Shown here piece by piece: positions 20,445 to 29,553 of a stretch of DNA of 64,000 nt. Position 1 is the first letter of the stretch. Each line of letters opens with the position of its first letter. The position numbers and the translations under genes are program-made. The stretch lies in assembly GCA_002269645.1 (NCBI GenBank), contig NIVC01001151.1:62001-126000 (forward strand). The letters run 5' to 3'. The stretch comes from Macrostomum lignano (taxonomy: Eukaryota). The notes under the pieces are model-generated. The model searched no databases and had not been told where the DNA came from. It saw only the letters and a list, made by a program, of their open reading frames with translations.

Positions 20445-21179
20445 ATGGCCCAACAAAATTCTCTATACGATCAGTCTCAATACGCTGAAGCTAAAATACC
20501 GACAGCACCAAACCCAATGGCACCGAATTCGAACACACAAAGCCTGAATGCACCGAATCTGAATGCACCTCAATATGAGCAGCAAAAACTCTACCCTGTT
20601 ATTACTTGTAACTCTCAACAATTTCGACTGGTGGAGATTCAAAAAATGCGAGATGATCTTGAAAAAAATATTTTTCACAACACAAAGAAAATTAAGCGCT
20701 ATGACAGCCACTGTAAATTTTTCGACTACAGCAATATGATTCTAGGATCTGTGTGTGTTCTAACTGGGTCTGCTGCAGCTGTCTCAGTGTTGCCAGTCAT
20801 CACAGCCCCAATCGCAATCCCTCTCGGCTCTGTGGGTGCTGCATGTGGACTTATTTCAGCAATTACTGGAGCATTAGCGCGAAACAGGCGAAAAAAACTA
20901 AAGCAGCTACAGGAGAAGCAAGTAAAAGAGAAAGGGGTGCACACTTCAATCATAGGGTACATTTCAAGGGCAATCGAGGATAAGTTCATTTCAGAGGATG
21001 AGTTCAAAACCATTCAGGATCTTTATGAACAATCAATTCGAATGAACTTGAACATGGTCGGTACTGATGACATGAGTCAGCTGAAAAATGAACTCGAGAA
21101 AGTTCTTCAACATTATGTGGAAAGAAAGTCGGCAAGAAGGACGAGAAATTCGGTAAGGACGACGAGAAATGCACAATGA
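20445..21179 (+). CDS. 244-aa protein with a hydrophobic hairpin (putative membrane protein)
   Basis: ~48-aa hydrophobic Gly/Ala-rich segment followed by RNRRKK. QFRL.EI and ISRAIED.FISEDEF motifs. Confidence 0.7.
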   Translation: MAQQNSLYDQSQYAEAKIPTAPNPMAPNSNTQSLNAPNLNAPQYEQQKLYPVITCNSQQFRLVEIQKMRDDLEKNIFHNTKKIKRYDSHCKFFDYSNMILGSVCVLTGSAAAVSVLPVITAPIAIPLGSVGAACGLISAITGALARNRRKKLKQLQEKQVKEKGVHTSIIGYISRAIEDKFISEDEFKTIQDLYEQSIRMNLNMVGTDDMSQLKNELEKVLQHYVERKSARRTRNSVRTTRNAQ

Positions 21180-21183
21180 ACCC

Positions 21184-21584
21184 CTATGAAACACAGCCAA
21201 GAATAATTTCCTTGTAGGTCTTTCGTGTTTTGGTCATTGCATACAAAACAGTCATGCACAGCTCACCGCAAATATCACTGCTAAGACCTTGAAGAATAAA
21301 GTCTGAGCGGTAAATTTTTTTATTTTTTTTCCCTTCATATAATTTCTTAGCTCTTCTGGTACTGCCGTCCCATAGCTATCAAAGTAATAACACTTGTGCT
21401 TGCGATTCGGATCAATCACCCAGCAAACCCAATGAGATCCTGGCTTATCAGTGGTGTCAAAGTTCATGATGCCGCATTCTTTTCTTAGAGGAAAATCGGG
21501 CAGAGTGTCCCTCATAAATATTCCTCTAAAGTTTGGGATTTCCAGTTCGTTAGCCAAATCTTCAAGAAAGTTATTTGTTGTCAT
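21184..21584 (-). pseudogene. Adenain-like cysteine protease, frameshift in an A-run near 21320-21335
   Basis: GSHW (His) and YFDSYG (Asp). The shifted frame continues KIYRSDFILQGLSSDICGELC with the oxyanion Gln and catalytic Cys. Confidence 0.9.
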
Positions 21585-21692
21585 TTTTATGTCATTTTTT
21601 TATGAGGTTTATTAAACTTTCTCTTAAAACTAAACCTAATCTCAACCTGAACCTAAACTCCAGTGCCCGAATCTAACCTCCAGTGCCCGAAT

Positions 21693-24600
21693 CTAACCTC
21701 CTAAACCTAACCTCCAATGCCCGAACGGTAGACTGTTAATATTGTCATCAAAAATGAATCTCTTGTTATCTGCACCTGACAGTCCAATCTTCTTTTGCTG
21801 AATTGTGTGAATAATATGGTTTTTAGATTGTAGCTTTGAGAACTCATGTGATGTCTTTTTGTTGCAATTCAAGGCGTCTCTGTATTCAGCTTCATTAATT
21901 TCCTTCCTAACCACACGTTTCGGAATTCCCTTTGATTTTTTAATTGGGTCTGACGACTCACATTTTACAAAATAGGACTTTGCTCTCAACCCAATGAATT
22001 CAGTGATTATGTCACCAGCAATCTCGTCCTTCATTTTCCCAATCACTTTCTTGTTAGTGGCGTCAAACACTTGATCGCCATTCTGTGTCCTGCAAGATTC
22101 ATCATACTCAGACAAGTCAAACAAATCTTTTTGCTGCAGCATGTCCTGATAAATGTCTTCTGTTTGAATGTCCATAATAAAACTGTCTGTGTCAGTGTAC
22201 AAGAGTTTCATTTTATCCTTGTACTGCTGCTTCATGCCATAGAAGAACTGGTACATCAGACGTTTTGATTCGTCGAGAACAGTGACACCTGTATAGATCG
22301 GCTTGCGCAGCGTCACCTTGGTTTTGTAAAATATGATCACACCTAAGTAGCTATTAAAGATATGGAGTTCTTTGAATGTTGGCTTTGACATATTTGCCTG
22401 AATAACAGCAGGCTCTGATGAGGTAACAAGTTTCAGGTTTGTTCTTTTCCGCTCATTCTCAAGAGTCTTGCCATAGACAGAGTTGTTGGCCAACTTAAAG
22501 AGGTTCTTGTCAAAGTCGTTGGTTGCTTTGGTCCTAAACTGGGTGTTCTTATCAATGTAGGGTTTCATCCACGCTTCCTCTGTAAATGTAAGAGCCCTGT
22601 GAACTTTGGTGACCCTGCAACCAAGTGAGATAAAATACTGAAGCAGTTTGTAATGGATTTTGTAACGTGTCTTGTTGTTTAGATTCTGTGTTAGTTTCTC
22701 TGTATGTTCTTTTTCTGTTCCTGACAGGCCAAGTTCCATTATTATCATTGGGAGTTTCGATTATTTTCGGGCACTTGATGTTCTCTGGGAAGGGTGGAAA
22801 GTCAGAGAAATAGTCGTGAAGCTCTGGTGGAATGTAAACATCAACTCATAAATGGCAGCCAATGAAAAGTCCCATTTGAATTCTGATGAGGGTAGCCATC
22901 GAAAATCTCTAACTGGAAGATCTTGACTCATCGCCCACCCGTAGAGATTATTAGCGTCCAAGTAAGTAATGTAGTTTGAGGGCTGCTCCTTATTGTAAGA
23001 TTCAATGTAGGGATTGTTTGCTTTTGCATACCTGTTAACACAAATTGAGATCCCCCTCGCTTTGACGATTCGACAAAATTGTACATGTCAATGTCTGTAA
23101 GAAGTTCAATGTACCAATCTGGATCTTGATCCCATTTCATTTTAAGCAAAGATTCCCAGCTAGTGGCAGGCAGAGACACATAATGTGCTGGATCGAGGCC
23201 ATATGCTGTGTACCAGGTGTATCTGAAGGTTTCAAACACATCGGCCAGCAGAAACACATCTGTGAGAGGTAAAGCAGGTGATACTGGAAGAAGTTTTGAC
23301 AATTAAAGTAATTATAGACATGCTTCGCGTGCTCATAGTCTTTGTCAGAGATTCCAGAGTCTGTTAGCTTTGAAAAGAACTTTTCTTGTGGTGGTAAACC
23401 TTCTTCAAATACGTGATACCCAGTAATATTTTCATAGGGGTAGAAGCCTTTCTTTCTTAAAAGTTTAAATGATTCATCACTGTTGTTAATTTGACTTGCA
23501 AATATCTTTGTATATGTACTGTACATTGTTCATCTTTTAGATTCTTACTTAGTTCGTCTAGACTGGCAGCAAGAAATTGATATGAATCCTTCAGTCTTAT
23601 TTTACCTGTACCCGAATTATCCTGTTTAATATCAACACACTTAAACTTCTCCTTGTTCTCTGCGATGCAATCAAGGTGTATGTCTGGAATCATGCCGATT
23701 TTTTCAACTATTAAATGCATGTCATAGTTCTTTGCGTTGTGACAAAATATCGTTAGATCATGAATGTTCGATTTTAGCTTTAGATTACAGGTGTTATGCG
23801 CTGCACCTCTAAATTTCCCAGTAAAGTGGCAGTGGTCCCTAACGGTCGGGTTTTTAATATTAGTGCAAGTTAACTGTTTCCTGCAGATGTGGCAATGAGT
23901 TGCTGATAGGAAATTGCTTTCATCCTCCTCAGACATCATTATTGGAACAGGTTGAAGGGTGCTAATCACTTTTTGCAACTCTAACATTCTGGCAATAAAC
24001 TGCTCCACACACTGCTCTCCAAAGAAATAATTATACTCAACAAGTCCTTTTGTAGTAATAAAGGCATATGCTACTGAGTTGGGGACATGTTTTTGAGTTT
24101 GAGTTTGTTTTTCAGTATGAGTTTGTTTTTGTGTTTCCGGCATGATTGAGCATTCGAAATCAGCATATACAACAAATGGGAGCTTCTCCATCTTGTGATA
24201 GTTCTTAAACGGAGATACTTCTCTTCAGCTGAAGGAAGAGAGCAGTTTGTCGGGTGATCCTCGCATGATAATTCATGCTCTGTTAGCTTTTCAAAGCGTT
24301 CAGGTCCACTGTAATGCTTAAGGCACAAGCGGCAGATGGCAACAGCCTCGTGATGATTATTCAACTGCTTGTGAATGAGTCTTGAAAGATCTTTAATCCA
24401 AACATAGTGAGCCTCCTCTAGTAAATTACCAATCACTAGAAGATCCACTTCAGTCCGCCTTTTCCCCTCGGATCTAAAACGTCTTTGCTACATCTGACCG
24501 GTTGAACTTTCTCAGTTTTTTCACTCCACTCAAAGACTGTGATTCTAATTTTGTTATTAAACACTTCTTCTAGCTTTGGATCTGAGAGATCGCCAAGCCT

Positions 24601-25545
24601 CCTTTGTCAAACCTGATTCCCTTCTTTTCGCATTCGATGAGATAGTAGTTGAAATAATTTTGATAATTTGAGGTTCTTTCGGGGTGGTGAGGGACACTAT
24701 CATAAAGAAGTGCAGAAAGAACTGCCCATAGAGCACAGCAATTGTCTTTATTTTTAACATTTATGCAAGCTTTTTTGCCGGCTAGCTTATGCGGGAGCTC
24801 TATATAAGAGGAGGCTTTAAGTGGGTCATATTTCATGACCATGACAGTCGCTCTTTGAATCCCTCCACGACCCATCCGGAACCTCTGGATGTAAACGCTT
24901 CAATTTTCTTATTGACATCTTGAAGGAAAGGATCCAGTGTGTCTGTAGGGGTGAATGGCTTTGCCTTTGTTGTCATGTAATACTCGAGATGCTCAGTGGG
25001 TTTCGCAGGCATATAAAACGCAATCTTGAATGATATCTGTAGTTTAAAGGTCTTGCGTGTTTTGAGTGTGTGATCAACAACTGATTGGATGCTGTCTTTA
25101 TAGTCGTAGATGTTTGCGGTGGTGCCGTTGGTGCCGTAATTGGGATTGTGTACTCTATGTAATGTTCTGTAAACTTCCTCTGTGCAAAATTAATCTCTTC
25201 AATGGCAAGCTCCGACTCTTTTAAATGGATTAATTGCTCTAATTTCTCTTGTTCCTGCTTATTTTGTGGGTACTTTGCTTTTTCACCAGTGAGAGTTTCG
25301 TATTTGTTAACTAAGTTGCGACTCCTCTCTTGGTGTTCCTTTGCAGGATTTTTTATAGGCGCATACTGGTTGAATTCTAATTGATTGATGATTTCCAACT
25401 GTTTTTCATAGCTTCCCAGGTGACCAGGGTCGGTATTAAACTTTTGTTTACATTCTTTTCTTAGTAAATTACTTTTGTCTTGAAATGAGACGCCTTTTGA
25501 AAAATATTTGTTGACTAAATCTCTTGCTGGATTGGCTTTTGGCAT
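21693..25545 (-). pseudogene. Protein-primed family B DNA polymerase (group-2/pPolB2 type), at least seven frameshifts
   Basis: In order: RGSGW..YDPLKASSYIELP, ExoI YADFE, DHCHFTGKFRGAAHNTCNL, ExoII HNAKNYD, KGFYPYE, ExoIII DVFLLADVF, PolA LDANNLYG, PolB KLANNSVYGK, PolC YTDTDS. ATG at 25545. Confidence 0.95.
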
Positions 25546-25668
25546 TTTTCTCGAAAATATAAAAAAATTTTTGAGGGTGACCACCCTGATAGAAAAGTTG
25601 AACTGTTTCTACATCCTATAAGTAGCGCTAGGTTTATTAAGCTGGATAAAGTGGGGTTTAAAACCTCA

Positions 25669-26115
25669 TCACATACGCATTATTGTAAACCCAGCATTGT
25701 GCAATGTCATGATGGCTTTGACAATGTCAGACTTGCTTACAGAATTTTCATGCTCACAATCATCAAAATCCAGGCAGCCCTCTCCTGCCTTAATTGTTAT
25801 ACCTTTGTCTCTTGCAATCTTTTGCAATTCAAGCTGGTGGGCTCTATCATTACCAGCTTTAACAGCAGTTGCTACACCTCCAGCTACACCACCTGCGGCA
25901 CTTACAGCGCCTGCAATGATCGGAATAAGAGCTGCTAATGGTAGGATTCCTCCTGACTTTTCATCTGTGATGCTGTGTCTTTGTTCATTACACTGAACTA
26001 TTTGCTGCGTGGGATCGATTTTTACTTTGACACCTTTAATTGATATAATACCTGGTTTCTTTGATTCAATGATTTTATTGAGTTTATTGATGGTTCTGGT
26101 TTCAATCTTTGTCAT
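25669..26115 (-). CDS. 148-aa putative protease-activated membrane-active virion protein
   Basis: EKSGG followed by hydrophobic ILPLAALIPIIAGAVSAAGGVAGGVATAVKA. A second site-like KAGEG motif follows. Confidence 0.75.
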   Translation of the reverse strand: MTKIETRTINKLNKIIESKKPGIISIKGVKVKIDPTQQIVQCNEQRHSITDEKSGGILPLAALIPIIAGAVSAAGGVAGGVATAVKAGNDRAHQLELQKIARDKGITIKAGEGCLDFDDCEHENSVSKSDIVKAIMTLHNAGFTIMRM

Positions 26116-26131
26116 TTTTTATTTTAATATT

Positions 26132-27144
26132 TTAATTAATTTCTGTGTCAGCCGGCATCACTAGGAGTTCAGCTCTAGTGAATGACCGTGTGGGGGATTT
26201 AGGGTTAAAGGCCTGAGATAAAAAGTAATATTCTCCAGAGTCGGAGGTGAAATGTCTGTCTATTTTATGTACATCAAGGCTGAAGTATGGATCTGTAGCT
26301 CTTCTTTTGGTGTCCTTCTCTAGCTCTCCAGGTAGATATAAAAAGCGTAGAAACTCAGAGTTTGTCAGTATGTATGGTGATTCAACTCCTGGAAGCTTAG
26401 GGTAGTTCGAGGTGTGTTTTGTGTTGTGCTTGTCTGTTCTATGAGATGACTTAAGTTCGACAGTGTCTTGTTTAATTGCATGGGACGGTTTCAATCCAGT
26501 CATGCGCGTGACTTATTGTTCAGTTGCTCTATAACAGTGGGGAGCCGGTCTGTCCACTTGGTATAGTATTGGCCACCTTTTAGTTTCAGCTCCTCTGCTG
26601 TCTGCTTAGTGAATAGTCTCTTGGCTAGAGTTAGATTGAATCTTTCCACAAAAGCCTAGTCTCTGTGGAGCTCAGTTCTGCCATAGCGAATTTTTGCGTC
26701 ATACTTATGTAGAAGTGATTTCACTGCCCCAAAGAATTCTTTACCCGGGTCCGTCATAAAGATTTGGGGGTATGTGAGCGGAGAGTTTTTATAAATATCT
26801 TGGAGGGCGGCTGCAACTGCTTCTGACTTCTTCGTCTTAAGCGGTCTCGCTTCCTTATATCTGGAGGCAACGTCTGTAATTGTAAGAGCATACTTGTAGC
26901 CTGATTCGTTGGGGAGAAACAAAAGATCTGCTTGGTGGGCTTCATTAGGTTTATAGATGCTAAAGTGAGGTCTTGTAAATTTTACTGGTGGGAAATAGAC
27001 TTGAAAGAGAGCCTGCTTAGAGAGCCACTTTTCTACTTTAGCTTTTGGTTCCTTACTTAGTTCTGCGAGTTTGGTGACTGCAGTTTTTCCTACAAAGAAT
27101 CCTTTGTCGCTGTAGTAGAGTTTTTTAAGTTTCTGATCTGTCAT
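26132..27144 (-). pseudogene. Retroviral-like (RVE) integrase with an in-frame stop (26656-26658) and a frameshift (~26505)
   Basis: DDE triad QADLLF / TDPGKEF / FVERFN. C-terminal YLPGELE..RRATDP and RSFTRAELL motifs. No chromodomain seen. Confidence 0.93.
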
Positions 27145-27175
27145 TTTTTTTAAAAAGAAAGTTTAAAATAAAATA

Positions 27176-27625
27176 ATGCAACGCTCTGGTGGTAAGTTAG
27201 ATTCACATGGACTGATAGAAAAGCTTCCTCATCCAAACAAAGGCTGGACACTTCCCGGCTATAAATATTGCGGGCCTTTGAATCCACTTGAAATACAGTT
27301 AGATACAAACGATAATCCAAATCCTGGGCATGAGCCTGTGAACGAGCTAGACTCTGTCTGCATGTGGCACGATGTTAAATATAGAGATTTTCCTGAGGAG
27401 AAGAATCGCTGGGACAAAGAAATGCTTAAGAGACTAGACAATATAGGGGCTTCAAGCGGATTTCGTGAGTCGATCGCTCGGAAGCTAGTTAAAGCTGTTA
27501 TTTTTAGTAAGACAAAACTGGGGTTCGGGGTTGAAGGCGAGGGTGGGGTGGGTTTTGCATTGCACGCACCAAGTAAAGAATTAGGAAGACTGCTGAAGGA
27601 GCTGGGGGTTCAGAGAGCAGAATGA
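27176..27625 (+). CDS. Parvovirus VP1u-type phospholipase A2
   Basis: LPGYKYCGPLN calcium-loop motif and D..C..HDVKY catalytic motif. Intact ORF with N-terminal RSGG. Confidence 0.88.
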   Translation: MQRSGGKLDSHGLIEKLPHPNKGWTLPGYKYCGPLNPLEIQLDTNDNPNPGHEPVNELDSVCMWHDVKYRDFPEEKNRWDKEMLKRLDNIGASSGFRESIARKLVKAVIFSKTKLGFGVEGEGGVGFALHAPSKELGRLLKELGVQRAE

Positions 27626-27892
27626 TTCAAGCAAGAAAATTCAGCTGGATTAGCGGGTGTTTGGGAGAAGAGAGAACCGGGAGGGGGATTTGCATTGCAC
27701 ACACCAAATAGAGACTGCGTACATCGACAGTGCATTTCCCAGTATTTGAGGTGGTTTTCCGACAGTTTTCCGGCAGTTTTCCGACAGTTTTTGTTGAGCA
27801 AAAAAAAATCCGACAGTTTGTCGGATATTTGTCGCAAACAAAAACTCATTATCTACTAATAGTAGTCCTAGCATATAGTACTCCTTATAGTA

Positions 27893-28741
27893 GTGGGTGT
27901 TGATTTCAACGGTGAAGAGTTCGTATTGACGTTGATCATTGAGAGAATGTAGGAAAAAATTACAATTGTTTAATGATTTCTGCAAAGTTATACTCGTAGT
28001 AGCTGTCGTAATCTTTTACGTAGGTTACTCCATACTTATGAAACCAGTGTCTTTGGAGAGCTTGATTAATATTAGGGACATTGATATCAACGCTGGGCCA
28101 ATATTTTCTCATGTACTCGCTGCATTCAAGTTTGCATCGGTACTTGGATTTGTAATTGGGCTCGTGCGCTTTGTAATAAGAACCTGGAGAGATGATTGGA
28201 AGCATTTTTATTGAAAATTTAATTTTTTTCGGAGGATGAGCACCCTGCGCTGATAATTTAAAGTCTTTGGGATGCGTTGCGAATTGCAAATTGAATGTGG
28301 GGAGAAGAATGCAGATTCTTTTCTGATTGTTTTAGAGATGCTATGGGTGGATGTCAGTCTCAGTGAGCATAACAGGTGTCAGTGGACATCTGTTATGCAC
28401 TGATTCTGTCAGGGATAATATGGATGGATTTAATAGGATTATGTTCGAAGTTTTCGGAGCAAGTGCGACCCCTCCCCTTTTTTATGATTCTGTCGGGGAT
28501 AATATGGATGGATTTAATGGGATTATGGAGGACGTTTTGTGAGCGAGTGCGACCCCCCCCCCTTTTTTTCTGATTCTGTCAGGGATAATATAGATGGATT
28601 TAGGCGGATTATGTTCGAAGTTTTTGGAGCAAGTGCGACCCCCATTTTTTCTGATTCTGTCAGGGATAATATGGATGGATTTAATGGGATTATGGAGGAG
28701 GTGAAAAATTTTGTCCCAGAAGCCCCCTCATGCCTTCTACT
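27893..28741 (-). repeat. Polinton right terminal inverted repeat
   Basis: Reverse complement of 14079-14860 with indels and one extra subrepeat. Confidence 0.9.
27960..28205 (-). CDS. 81-aa paralog of the left-TIR ORF
   Basis: ATG at 28205. About 16 substitutions plus an in-frame 6-bp indel relative to 14557-14796. Confidence 0.6.
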   Translation of the reverse strand: MLPIISPGSYYKAHEPNYKSKYRCKLECSEYMRKYWPSVDINVPNINQALQRHWFHKYGVTYVKDYDSYYEYNFAEIIKQL

Positions 28742-29108
28742 CCCACAAATCCCGATACAGGTAGAATCTCCCCCCACAAATCCCGATACAGGTAGAAATC
28801 TCTCAGAAATCCCGACACAGGTAGAAATCTCTCCCACAAATCCCGACACATGTAGAAATCTCCCCCACAAGTCCCGACACAAGTAAAAATCTCCCCCCAC
28901 AAATCCCGACACAGGTAGAATCTCCCCCCACAAATCCCGACACAGGTAGAAATCTCCCCCACAAGTCCCGACACAGGTAGAAATCTCCCTCCCACATATC
29001 CCGATACAGGTAGAAATCTCTCCCAGAAATCCCGACACAGGTAGAAATCTCTCCCAGAAATCCCGACACAGGTAGAAATCTCTGCCACAAATCCCGACAC
29101 AGGTAGAA
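28742..29108. repeat. ~31-bp minisatellite, right portion (same array as 12355-14078)
   Basis: Same unit and orientation. Resumes exactly at the TSD. Confidence 0.95.
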
Positions 29109-29553
29109 ATGCCAGCAGCTCAAGTTTATCTTTCCTTTAATCATGAAATGCAAAATGTTTTTTTCAGACGCCAACTTTACTATCAATCTATATTCTGAGC
29201 TCGATGGGTCAGTGTTGTGGTCATTCACAAATGACATTCAAAAAATTCAGCAAAGCAGACCTAGAATTAGTGAGCTTTTTATGCACGAGAGTAGTTCAGC
29301 CATAACCCAAGACATCAATGGCAATAAGAATCCGAAAAATTTCTATGTATTGTGTTGCTTTGTTGTAAAAATAAAATTTGTAAAAATTTCGATTTTGGTA
29401 GCTCGTAGAACAAACTTGCCTATAGTTCTGGCCATAGACGGCAGGACGGGGCTCGAGTGCCTGCTCGAGTCGAATTGCATCCGCGATGTTTTTCCTTAAA
29501 CCAGCTCAAAAATATTCATAGCCGCATCAGCCATACGATCAAGTTGTCCAACA

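Larger units (their letters stand above)
14079..28741. mobile_element. Polinton/Maverick (adintovirus-like endogenous virus), full length, 14,663 bp
   Basis: Termini AGTAGAAGG...CCTTCTACT. 6-bp TSD CCCACA at 14073-14078 and 28742-28747. ~0.8-kb TIRs. pPolB, RVE integrase, A32-like ATPase, cysteine protease, major and minor capsid genes. Confidence 0.96.

Noticed and set aside
12355-29108. Direct repeats on both sides of the Polinton as LTR-like terminal repeats
   Set aside because: They are one host minisatellite split by the insertion. The true ends are inverted and bounded by the CCCACA TSD.
29143-29499. 118-aa ORF between the minisatellite and the pseudokinase
   Set aside because: No motif, and no splice path that I could make consistent with DUSP or the pseudokinase.
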